From a virus (Duplodnaviria > Caudoviricetes), in the IMG/VR virus record IMGVR_UViG_3300020460_000009, positions 1-34,378 of that record: a DNA stretch of 34,378 nt; one strand, 5' to 3'. Position 1 is the stretch's first letter; each line of letters begins with the position of its first letter. Below are positions 7,491-16,207 of the stretch, in pieces. The notes under the pieces were generated by a model. That model searched no databases. It saw only the letters and a program-made list of their open reading frames with translations, and had not been told where the DNA came from. A program made the translations under genes and the position numbers.

Positions 7491-8124
7491 GGATTGTTAG
7501 TAAATATTTATTTTGATGCAATGTTGTAGGTGAAATCTGGCATATGACATAGTAGAATCGGCAATCCAAACTACCCAAAGAGAGGGGAATAGATATGCAA
7601 ATACTACAATAACAACAGGAGTGCAAAATGTTTCTTCTAAATTAGGAGCAACAGTATCATTTAGTATATTGTCAAAGGGTTCACAGAGTAGATGGAATGA
7701 CGATATGTGTAACCTATTTCAGATGGTATGTTGTTACTGATGAAAGTTACGCTCATTACTTGTGGTTATTGATAAATGTATGGGAAACTTAAATTCTCTA
7801 CATTTGCAAAGAGTTCAAAATTATCTTAACAGTTTGGAGAACACCCAAATGGAGCGATAATTTTTGTATGGAGGTGTAAAGATACAACGTTTTAATGTGG
7901 TCAAGCGAAGGAGTAAAATATGGAATGATTGATTGAGTTATATGTACATTTGTTTTTGTCGGAGATTTTATTGGTTTGGGTGGACAATCTGAATGTGGTG
8001 AAATTAGTAGATGATGTTTCATCTTGAGGGAAGAAGGAAACAAGTGAAAACTGATTCACTCAACCCATTTAGTACTAATCATAAAACTGTGTATCCTCAT
8101 TTGGTACAGATTTTTTTAGATTCA
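7491..8124 (+). repeat. Right arm: non-coding degenerate inverted copy of 6696-7411
   Basis: Colinear similarity with many 1-8 nt indels, no open frame, and wobble-biased substitutions. Confidence 0.95.
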
Positions 8125-8190
8125 GAATAAACAAAGAGTGCGAAGCACACCGATAGTTAGTATGTTGACTTTTTTAACAGTTGCTGATAT

Positions 8191-8580
8191 ATGAAGATTA
8201 TGTCCGTTGCAATAAAAGAAAGCAATCAAATTACTCCCAAAGCAAAGAAGTTAGTTGATACTCTCGTAGCTACGGGATGTACAATAACTGAAGCGTCAAA
8301 ACTCGCAGGATATAAAGGAAACTCATCAAGAGTAAGTGCAAGTCGTATGCTACGAAATCCAAAGGTACAGCAGTATATGTTTGAACAGATACAACATAAC
8401 TTGGGGATGAGTGCAGTTAAAGCGCAATCAAGGTTGCTTGACTTATGTTCTGGTGCGAAGTCAGAGTATGTACAACTTGAAGCCAGTAAGGATATACTTG
8501 ATAGGGCAGGATTCAAAGCACCAGATAAACATCAACATATGGTCAAAGGTGATTTCTCAATCAATATTGACCTCAAGTGA
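8191..8580 (+). CDS. terS: Terminase small subunit
   Basis: ITPKAKKLVD...TEASKLAGY...ASRMLRNPKVQQY...ASKDILDRAG. Confidence 0.85.
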   Translation: MKIMSVAIKESNQITPKAKKLVDTLVATGCTITEASKLAGYKGNSSRVSASRMLRNPKVQQYMFEQIQHNLGMSAVKAQSRLLDLCSGAKSEYVQLEASKDILDRAGFKAPDKHQHMVKGDFSINIDLK

Positions 8581-8778
8581 TATCAAGGACTGTTTTTTTG
8601 CACATCCACCTGTGTAAGCAGGTGGGGTCTAAAAAATACCCTTGCATCTTATAGAGAAGTCCTACTCACTCGTTAGAGTCGTTTAAGGTTCGTTGCTTGT
8701 AATTTTTTTTTTTTTCTGTTAAGGTTCGGTTATGGTTACTTACATAATTGTATCAATGATCTTGTACGTGGTATTCTA

Positions 8779-9099
8779 ATGGCTAAATCACCGGCGTGGC
8801 AAAGAAAGGCAGGAAAGAATCCTAAAGGAGGATTAAATGCAAAAGGTCGTGCATCTTATAAAAGACAAACAGGTGGTACATTAAAAGCACCGGTCAAGTC
8901 TGGAGATAATCCTAGACGGGCATCTTTTTTAGCACGGATGGGAAATATGCCGGGGCCTGAACGAGATAGCAAAGGTAGACCAACTCGTTTACTTTTGTCA
9001 TTAAGAGCGTGGGGTGCCTCAAGTAAAGCTGATGCAAGACGTAAAGCCAAAGCAATGTCAATACGATTAAAAAATAAAAAAAAGAAAGGAAAGAAATAA
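8779..9099 (+). CDS. Highly basic conserved phage protein
   Basis: MAKSPAWQRKAGKNPKGGLNAKGR...RRASFLARM, a type common near terminases of marine phages. Confidence 0.85.
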   Translation: MAKSPAWQRKAGKNPKGGLNAKGRASYKRQTGGTLKAPVKSGDNPRRASFLARMGNMPGPERDSKGRPTRLLLSLRAWGASSKADARRKAKAMSIRLKNKKKKGKK

Positions 9100-9155
9100 T
9101 GCCCGGATATAAAATGCCAAAACCAATGAAAACTAAAAAGAAGAAGAAGAAGTAA
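9099..9155 (+). CDS. 18-aa lysine-rich peptide MPGYKMPKPMKTKKKKKK
   Basis: TAATG coupling at both ends; AAAGGA upstream. Confidence 0.6.
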   Translation: MPGYKMPKPMKTKKKKKK

Positions 9156-9346
9156 TGAAAGGCGTTCCTCATTACGATAAAGATGGTAAAGAACACAAAG
9201 GCGGAACTCATAAAATGCCTGATGGTTCTTTACACTCTGGCAAGACACATACATCTTCTAGTAAAAAATTATTTCACTTTAAAGACTTGTCAGCCAAAGT
9301 AAAAAGAAAAGTGCTTATGTTGACAAAAAAGAAAAAGCAAGGATAA
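9155..9346 (+). CDS. Basic His-rich hypothetical protein
   Basis: HKMPDGSLHSGKTH motif; coupled start. Confidence 0.8.
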   Translation: MKGVPHYDKDGKEHKGGTHKMPDGSLHSGKTHTSSSKKLFHFKDLSAKVKRKVLMLTKKKKQG

Positions 9347-9353
9347 TAACATT

Positions 9354-10142
9354 ATGGCTTATACAGGAACATACGAACAAGAATTACGAAAAAATCCTAC
9401 TGACTATAAACTTCGTGCAATGGGAAAACGAAAGTATGAACTTAGAAGACGTGAAGATGGTAAAGTAACTATTTCTACTAAAGGCGAACCAAAGAAACGT
9501 GAAGATTTTAGATCAGATAAGAATGCTATTGAATCAGAAAGAAAAAGTAGAAAACGAACAAAAAGTATTTTTGATGCTGTTAAAAAAGTAAAAGAGGAAC
9601 AAAAATCAAAAGAACAAAAAGGATCGCCATCTAAACAAAAAGAAGTTAAAACAAGTAAAGATGATGTTCGTAAAACAGATAACGAAGGGGAAAGAAAAAG
9701 AAAAATAGAATCACAAAATAAACAAAGAAAAGATGTAAGTATTCCTAGTCAAGCACTTGAAAATTTAGCAACAGGAACAGCGGCATTTAGTTTATTAGCA
9801 GGAGGATATGGATTAAAAAAATTAAAAGAAGCAAAGAATAGACAAAAGTTACAAACGGCTGTGAACAAAATAAAGGATTTACCAAAAGATCAACAAAAAG
9901 AAGTAGGAAAAAGAATTGGTAAAAAAATGGCAGAAAAAATGAAAAATGCCAAACCTTCTCTTAAACAAAAAATTAAAACCCAACTTGCAAAATTAAAACA
10001 AAAACTTGCCTCTGGATTAAAAAGCAAACTTACAGCAAAAACAGGTGGCTCAAGAACAGGAGCACCTGCAGGAATGGGAGTAGGTGGCACACCTTTTGGT
10101 GGTAAGGATTTTGATGGCAGACGGAAAAAAACAATCTTCTAA
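9354..10142 (+). CDS. Lys-rich hypothetical protein (262 aa)
   Basis: Long ORF with an upstream AGGA. Confidence 0.8.
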   Translation: MAYTGTYEQELRKNPTDYKLRAMGKRKYELRRREDGKVTISTKGEPKKREDFRSDKNAIESERKSRKRTKSIFDAVKKVKEEQKSKEQKGSPSKQKEVKTSKDDVRKTDNEGERKRKIESQNKQRKDVSIPSQALENLATGTAAFSLLAGGYGLKKLKEAKNRQKLQTAVNKIKDLPKDQQKEVGKRIGKKMAEKMKNAKPSLKQKIKTQLAKLKQKLASGLKSKLTAKTGGSRTGAPAGMGVGGTPFGGKDFDGRRKKTIF

Positions 10143-10217
10143 AAAATATCCACAGAAAAATTATTATGTTCTTTGGAATATATATCATACACTTTTAGCT
10201 TTATTTTTAGGATTAAT

Positions 10218-10226
10218 TGTTATAAT
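10218..10226 (+). promoter_or_regulatory. Extended -10 promoter TGtTATAAT
   Basis: Perfect extended -10 in an intergenic gap before the GAGGT RBS. Confidence 0.45.
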
Positions 10227-10250
10227 AGAATTAATTGAACTAGTGAGGTA

Positions 10251-10439
10251 TTGGTGAATAAAAAATTAGAAAAAAATAAAAAAGTTGCCCAAAGTATGGA
10301 AACGTCAAGACTTGCAGAACTTCAACGTCATAGAGAAAAACAAATAAAAGATTACGCAGAATTTAAAATGATAAAAGGTCATTCTAAAGAAAAAGCATAT
10401 GCAATGGCAAAACAACATATATTAAATAGTAATGAGTAG
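10251..10439 (+). CDS. Hypothetical protein
   Basis: RBS GAGGT; TTG/GTG start. Confidence 0.7.
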   Translation: MVNKKLEKNKKVAQSMETSRLAELQRHREKQIKDYAEFKMIKGHSKEKAYAMAKQHILNSNE

Positions 10440-10653
10440 AAATTATAGACACGAGTATGATTCTTTCCAATCATCTTCTTCGTCAAAAAAAGATCGTGTA
10501 AAAAGAAATAGAGCACGACGACGTGCTCTTAAACTTGGTATCGTACAAAAAGGTGACAATAAACATATTCATCATATAGATGGTAACCCACAAAATAATG
10601 CACTAAGTAATTTACGAGTGGTAACAGCATCATATAACACAGCAAAAAAATGA
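10432..10653 (+). CDS. Small HNH endonuclease
   Basis: HIHHIDGNPQNNALSNLRVV...N motif. Confidence 0.85.
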   Translation: MSRNYRHEYDSFQSSSSSKKDRVKRNRARRRALKLGIVQKGDNKHIHHIDGNPQNNALSNLRVVTASYNTAKK

Positions 10654-11048
10654 GTACAGCAAAGAAAAAAAATCCTTCATTATGGAAACGTATTGTAGCT
10701 AGAATAAAAGCACAAGCATCACACGGAACTGCGGCAGGTCAATGGTCAGGAAGAAAAGCCCAAGCCGCCGTCAAAGCATATAAAAAAGCAGGAGGTGGAT
10801 ATAGTGGTGCTAAAAAGAAATCTAACTCATTATCTAAATGGTCAAAACAAAAATGGCGTACAAAGTCAGGAAAAAAATCTTCAGAAACAGGAGAACGTTA
10901 TTTACCAGAAAAAGCCATTAAAAAATTATCATCAAAAGAATATGCGAGAACTACGGCTAAGAAAAGAAAAGATAAAGCGAGTGGAAAACAATTTAGTAAA
11001 CAACCAAAATCTATTGCAAGAAAAGTAAGGAGATATAGAAAAGTATGA
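10650..11048 (+). CDS. Highly basic conserved phage protein
   Basis: GQWSGRKAQ...YKKAGGGY...LSKWSKQKWRT...ERYLP. Confidence 0.85.
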   Translation: MSTAKKKNPSLWKRIVARIKAQASHGTAAGQWSGRKAQAAVKAYKKAGGGYSGAKKKSNSLSKWSKQKWRTKSGKKSSETGERYLPEKAIKKLSSKEYARTTAKKRKDKASGKQFSKQPKSIARKVRRYRKV

Positions 11049-11239
11049 CAATATTTACTAAATATTCTATTAGAGAAATAGATACACTACGTACTGTTGT
11101 TAAATCACAACATATGAAACATTACCCAAAAGAGTTTGTTAATAACCACGAAGCTGATAGAATTATAGAATCTCTATCGGAAGAAGCTAGAGAAAAACTA
11201 TATGAACTAGCGGTTAATTATGGCATCACTAAATTATAA
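11045..11239 (+). CDS. Hypothetical protein
   Basis: ATGA coupling; overlaps the terL start. Confidence 0.75.
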   Translation: MTIFTKYSIREIDTLRTVVKSQHMKHYPKEFVNNHEADRIIESLSEEAREKLYELAVNYGITKL

Positions 11240-12725
11240 ACCTGATGGACAGGTACTAAAAGAATTCTTAAAAAATGATACTTTCTTCAGAGGAATACGT
11301 GGCCCTGTAGGAAGTGGTAAATCTGTTGCCTGTTGTATTGAAATAATAAAACGAGCAATCTCACAAAAACCAAATGAAGATGGAATACGTAAAACCCGTT
11401 GGGCAGTTATTCGTAACACAAATCCACAGCTTAAAACAACCACAATCAAGACTTGGCTAGATTGGTTTCCCGAAGAAGATTGGGGTGGTTTTACTTGGAG
11501 TGTACCTTACACACACAAACTTAAAAAGGGAGATATTGACTGTGAGGTAATCTTTTTGGCTCTTGATAGACCAGAAGATGTAAAGAAACTGTTATCTCTT
11601 GAATTAACGGGGGTATGGATAAATGAGGCACGAGAGATTCCTAAAAGTATTGTTGATGCTTGTTCTATGCGTGTTGGTCGTTTTCCATCTATGCGTGATG
11701 GTGGCCCAACATGGTATGGTGTTGTTTGCGATACCAACCCACCAGATACCGATCATTGGTGGGCAATAATGGCAGGTGAAACTATTATACCTGACTATAT
11801 TAGTAAACAAGAAGCAAAGATGCTGATTAAACCAGATAACTGGAAATTTTTTAATCAACCACCTGCTATGGAGGAAGTTAAAGATAAAAACAATCAGGTG
11901 GTTGAATATAAAAATTATAATCAATCTGAAAATCAAAACAACCTTACACAGAATTATTATAGAAATATTATTAGAGGTAAAACAAAATCGTGGATAGATG
12001 TATATGTATTAAATAAACTTGGACAGGTAGAAGATGGCAAACCTGTTTATGAAGCATTTAGACAAGATGTACACGTAGCTAAAGGTGAATTAGCTATTGC
12101 CGAATCATTACCAATCTATATGGGTATTGATTTTGGATTAACTCCTGCCTGTGTATTTGCACAAAAAATAAGAACAAGATGGATAGTATTAGAAGAACTT
12201 GTAGCTGAAGATATGGGTATAGTAAAGTTTTCTGACTTAATGAAACAATCTATGGCAAAGTATCACCCTAGACCATTTTATATATTTGGCGATCCTGCCG
12301 GTGATCATAGAGTGCAAACAGATGAAAACACACCTTTTCAAATATTAAGAGGTAAAGGTATAACTGCCCGACCCGCACCTAGTAATGATGTAACACTTCG
12401 GTTAGAAAGTGTAAATGCTACACTAACAAGAATGGTAGATGGTGAATCTGGTATTCTTATAGATAAAAGTTGTATTAATTTAATTAGAGGATTTGCAGGT
12501 GGTTATCACTATAGACGACTACAAGTATCAGGGGAACGCTATGATGAACGCCCAAATAAAAATAGATTTTCACACATTCATGATGCACTTCAATATTTAT
12601 TATTGGGTGCAGGTGAGGGTAGGTCGTTGACGATTGGAACGAAATATAGTAAACCTATAATAGCGAAACGTAATTTTGATGTTTTTAGTGGTCAAGCTAA
12701 AAACATTTATGAAAGAAGGAGGTAA
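11220..12725 (+). CDS. terL: Terminase large subunit
   Basis: Walker A GPVGSGKS, Walker B WINEARE, coupling motif DTNPP, nuclease GIDFG...HIHDALQY. Confidence 0.97.
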   Translation: MASLNYKPDGQVLKEFLKNDTFFRGIRGPVGSGKSVACCIEIIKRAISQKPNEDGIRKTRWAVIRNTNPQLKTTTIKTWLDWFPEEDWGGFTWSVPYTHKLKKGDIDCEVIFLALDRPEDVKKLLSLELTGVWINEAREIPKSIVDACSMRVGRFPSMRDGGPTWYGVVCDTNPPDTDHWWAIMAGETIIPDYISKQEAKMLIKPDNWKFFNQPPAMEEVKDKNNQVVEYKNYNQSENQNNLTQNYYRNIIRGKTKSWIDVYVLNKLGQVEDGKPVYEAFRQDVHVAKGELAIAESLPIYMGIDFGLTPACVFAQKIRTRWIVLEELVAEDMGIVKFSDLMKQSMAKYHPRPFYIFGDPAGDHRVQTDENTPFQILRGKGITARPAPSNDVTLRLESVNATLTRMVDGESGILIDKSCINLIRGFAGGYHYRRLQVSGERYDERPNKNRFSHIHDALQYLLLGAGEGRSLTIGTKYSKPIIAKRNFDVFSGQAKNIYERRR

Positions 12726-12728
12726 ACT

Positions 12729-12989
12729 ATGTGCGGAGGCGGAGGCGGATATACACCACCACCACCACCACCACCTAGCCCTTATGAAAAAACATTACGC
12801 CAACAAAGAGCAGAAGCTAGGCGTAATGAGTTAGCTGAAAAGGCAAAACAGAAAGATGAAGCGTATCAAGAAAGTGTTGCCGATTTATCAGGAAAAAGAG
12901 GTAGACGTTCTCTACTTTCTGGTAGAAAAAGCGGACAAGGGTTTTTGGTTAGTGGGGATATACAAACTAGACAAACTCTAGGAGTATAA
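12729..12989 (+). CDS. Small Gly/Pro-rich putative virion protein preceding the portal
   Basis: MCGGGGGYTPPPPPPP...GRRSLL...TLG; syntenic position in BPP-1/T7-like podoviruses. Confidence 0.7.
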   Translation: MCGGGGGYTPPPPPPPSPYEKTLRQQRAEARRNELAEKAKQKDEAYQESVADLSGKRGRRSLLSGRKSGQGFLVSGDIQTRQTLGV

Positions 12990-14593
12990 TGGTTGTAGAT
13001 GTTAAACCACAAACTACTATTGATTTATCTGAATCAAAGGTAAATCAACTATTAGCACGTTATCGTAAAGCGAAAGCTATCAAAGATCAATGGACACCTA
13101 TCTTTGAAGATTGCTATGAATATGCATTACCTCAACGTGAATCGTTTTATTCTGAAAGCATAGCAAAAAGAAGAAGTGAATCTATATTTGATGAAACTGC
13201 CGTAGTAGGTGTACAAGAATTTGCTTCACGATTACAAGCAGGTATAGTTCCTAACTATGCAAGGTGGGCTGATTTAACATCTGGCACAGAAATACCAAAA
13301 GATCAACAAAAAGCTGTAAATGAAAACCTTGACCAAGTTACAGAATATATATTTGAAATATTACAAAACTCTAATTTTTCTCAAGAAGTACACGAAACAT
13401 TTTTAGATTGTGCTGTAGGAACAGGAGTATTGCTTGTAGAAGAAGGTGATGCTGTACAACCTGTACGCTTTCGCTCTATTCCTTTACCACAAGTATTATT
13501 AGATTCTGGATATGATGATAAGATAGATCACGTATTTAGAGAACGATATATAAAATTTAAACAAATAACTGTTGCCTATCCAAAAGCTACAATACCAGAA
13601 CGTATGATGGAAGAAATGAGTAAGAATCCTGATAAAGATTGTAAGGTTATAGAAGTTATATATAGAAATTATGAAAATACAAAAGAAGAAGAATACAAAT
13701 ATTGTGTAATATCAGAAATGTATCAAGCAGAATTATTTAACGATACATTTAAAGGTATAGGTTCTAATCCTTTTATTATATACAGATGGAGTAAATGTGC
13801 AGGAGAAGTGTATGGTAGAGGCCCACTTCAATTAGCTTTACCTGCAATTAAAACTGCAAATCTAGTTATAGAATTAATATTAGAAAATGCCCAAATGGCA
13901 ATATCGGGAATGTATCAAGTTGAAGATGATGGTGTTATTAATGTAGATAATATACAATTAATTCCCGGAACAATCATACCAAAAGCTGTAGGCAGTAGCG
14001 GTCTGACACCTGTCGCACCTGCGGGTAACTTTCAAGTATCTGATTTAGTTATAAGAGATATGCGACAAAATATTAAAAAAGCCTTATATAATGATATGTT
14101 AGGCAACCCAAACGAGAAAACTCCAATGTCAGCAACAGAAGTAGCAGAACGTATGGCAGATTTATCTCGTCAAATAGGTGCGGCATTTGGTCGTTTACAA
14201 GCTGAACTTGTTAATCCTGTACTACAAAGAGTAATATATATTTTAAAAAAACAAGGAAGAATAAATATACCTACTGTTAATGGCAGAGAAATTAAAATAC
14301 GTTCTTCTTCGCCACTCGCACAGGCACAGCAACAACAAGATGTAGCAACAATAGATCGTTTTGTTGCAATGTTGCAAGGCAGAGTAGGGCCACAGATTAC
14401 AAACCTATTAATTAAACAACAAGATATGGCTAAATTTATAGCCAAAAAATTAGGTGTTCCAGAAGAATTAATACGTTCTGATGAGGAAATGATACAAGCA
14501 GGGCAACAATTACAACAGATGGGTGCTAATATGCAAGAACAAGGTATTGATCCAAAACAAGCATCAGATGTTGCAAAATCATTTACAGGGTGA
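12989..14593 (+). CDS. Portal (head-tail connector), T7 gp8/BPP-1-like
   Basis: RWSKCAGEVYGRGP and MSATEVAER motifs; 534 aa. Confidence 0.95.
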   Translation: MVVDVKPQTTIDLSESKVNQLLARYRKAKAIKDQWTPIFEDCYEYALPQRESFYSESIAKRRSESIFDETAVVGVQEFASRLQAGIVPNYARWADLTSGTEIPKDQQKAVNENLDQVTEYIFEILQNSNFSQEVHETFLDCAVGTGVLLVEEGDAVQPVRFRSIPLPQVLLDSGYDDKIDHVFRERYIKFKQITVAYPKATIPERMMEEMSKNPDKDCKVIEVIYRNYENTKEEEYKYCVISEMYQAELFNDTFKGIGSNPFIIYRWSKCAGEVYGRGPLQLALPAIKTANLVIELILENAQMAISGMYQVEDDGVINVDNIQLIPGTIIPKAVGSSGLTPVAPAGNFQVSDLVIRDMRQNIKKALYNDMLGNPNEKTPMSATEVAERMADLSRQIGAAFGRLQAELVNPVLQRVIYILKKQGRINIPTVNGREIKIRSSSPLAQAQQQQDVATIDRFVAMLQGRVGPQITNLLIKQQDMAKFIAKKLGVPEELIRSDEEMIQAGQQLQQMGANMQEQGIDPKQASDVAKSFTG

Positions 14594-14605
14594 TATAAAA
14601 GTAGA

Positions 14606-14896
14606 ATGAAAACTACAAAGCCCAATCGTATAATTGGTTTGGACAACTTTGAAAGAAATCCCCAAGAAGAACAACAAATCAATACGTTATTTGAAAGTGT
14701 GTTTAAAAGAGAAGATGCACAAGCTATTTTGTCTTATTTACGTCAAATAACTATTGAATCTGTAGCGGGGTCAGAAATATCTGATGCTTCTCTACGTCAT
14801 CTTGAAGGACAGCGATATATTGTTGGACTAATGCAAAGACGATTTAATAAAGGGCGAAGTCAACGTATAATAAAGGAGAAACAAGATGTCAGATAA
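14606..14896 (+). CDS. Bbp19-like protein
   Basis: LRHLEGQRYIV motif; lies between portal and scaffold. Confidence 0.7.
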   Translation: MKTTKPNRIIGLDNFERNPQEEQQINTLFESVFKREDAQAILSYLRQITIESVAGSEISDASLRHLEGQRYIVGLMQRRFNKGRSQRIIKEKQDVR

Positions 14897-15671
14897 TGCT
14901 GAAGAAAATCAAGAACCTGTACCTGAAAACATTACACAAGACCCTCAACCAGAACCACAACCTATAGAGGCAGATGTTCCACGTGAAACAATTTCAAAAG
15001 AAAGGCCAGAGAATGTGCCTGAAAAATTTTGGAATGCAGAAACAGGAGAGATACGCACAGATGAATTATTAAAATCAAATGAGCATTTAGAGAAGTTTGT
15101 TGGAGGAAAAAAAGACGAACTACGTGATGAAATTATTAATGAATTATCGGAAGAAGCAGAATCAGAAGTACCTGAAGAATATGCTTTACCTGCACTTCCA
15201 GAAACTATTACAGAACAAGATGTGGTTGAAAATCCATTGTTTGATTGGTGGAAAGATCATTGTGTAAATAATGCGTATAACCAAGAAATGTTTGAAGATG
15301 GTATAAATAAATTCATTACTGCACAAAATCATTATCAACCAAATTTAGATGATGAAGTAAGTAAACTAGGTGAAAATGCACAACTGCGTATAGATGCAGT
15401 AGATGCTTTTGCACAAAGTCATTTTGGTGCTGATGATTATGAATATTTACAAACAACATTAGGACAATCTGCAAGAGGTATTGAAATATTAGAAAGAGTT
15501 ATGGATATGCAAAAACAAAATATTTCAAGACAACAATCAGAACCAATGAATAAATTATCATTAGAAGATGTCAGAAGTATGATGAAAGATCCTCGTTACT
15601 TTGATCCTAAAGAAAGAGATGAATCGTTTGTAAGACAAGTAGATGATGCGTTTCAGAGATTATACAGATAA
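14886..15671 (+). CDS. Capsid scaffolding protein
   Basis: Acidic; RPENVPEKFW; C-terminal MMKDPRY as in T7 gp9-like scaffolds. Confidence 0.85.
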   Translation: MSDNAEENQEPVPENITQDPQPEPQPIEADVPRETISKERPENVPEKFWNAETGEIRTDELLKSNEHLEKFVGGKKDELRDEIINELSEEAESEVPEEYALPALPETITEQDVVENPLFDWWKDHCVNNAYNQEMFEDGINKFITAQNHYQPNLDDEVSKLGENAQLRIDAVDAFAQSHFGADDYEYLQTTLGQSARGIEILERVMDMQKQNISRQQSEPMNKLSLEDVRSMMKDPRYFDPKERDESFVRQVDDAFQRLYR

Positions 15672-16207
15672 TGTATATGGATATAGCAATCCCTGATGAT
15701 TGCTTTGAACTTGCACCTAAAATAAAACAAACAGATAAGTTTGAATTAGCTGTTATGGGTAAAGACCCTTTATGGACTTTACTCTATCCTTTTCGTATCA
15801 ATAGACCTAATGTTCATACTTTTGGTGTATATCAAGATGATGGTACAATAGAAGCAATGTTTGGTTGTTGTTCATCAATGGATAACGAAAAAAAAGGTAC
15901 GGCGTGGTGGTTAAGCACAGAAGAACCTTTTGCTAATTATAGGTATATGCGACATCAAAAAAGAGTGTTTACTTGGTTGGCAAGTCATTATTCTTACTTG
16001 TGGAATGTAGCAACAGAAGAACAAGAAAAAACATTACGTTGGGTTAAATATATGGGTTTTACAATTTCTGATAGACCCCTACTTGTCAAACGTGTAAAAA
16101 TGAAGTATTTTTATATAGAACCGAAAGGTTTTAATGGTGAACCCATAGATGATGTGTGTGGCCCACGTTGGAGAACCCTTAATCAGAATTCTACGGACAA
16201 TTCATAA
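15671..16207 (+). CDS. GNAT-fold protein, T7 gp13/DUF2833-like
   Basis: AMFG...AWWLST...LWNV...TLRWVKYMGF. Confidence 0.65.
   Translation: MYMDIAIPDDCFELAPKIKQTDKFELAVMGKDPLWTLLYPFRINRPNVHTFGVYQDDGTIEAMFGCCSSMDNEKKGTAWWLSTEEPFANYRYMRHQKRVFTWLASHYSYLWNVATEEQEKTLRWVKYMGFTISDRPLLVKRVKMKYFYIEPKGFNGEPIDDVCGPRWRTLNQNSTDNS

Noticed and set aside
7798-8043. 81-aa minus-strand ORF, plus ORFs 7085-7321 and 7201-7485
   Set aside because: No RBS; these are shadow frames within the repeat arms or overlapping the real gene.
7491-8124. Mirror as an ordinary pseudogene, assembly artefact or invertible segment
   Set aside because: The arms are too diverged for an assembly duplication, the substitutions are directional, and no invertase is present. 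Neutral decay is not fully excluded.
6696-8124. DGR template/variable repeat pair or retron msr-msd
   Set aside because: No reverse transcriptase was recognised anywhere in the genome; differences are not confined to adenines and include many indels.
8165-8193. terS promoter TTGACT-17-TATATG
   Set aside because: The -10 is imperfect and overlaps the annotated start; plausible only with a leaderless start at 8200, so it was not called.
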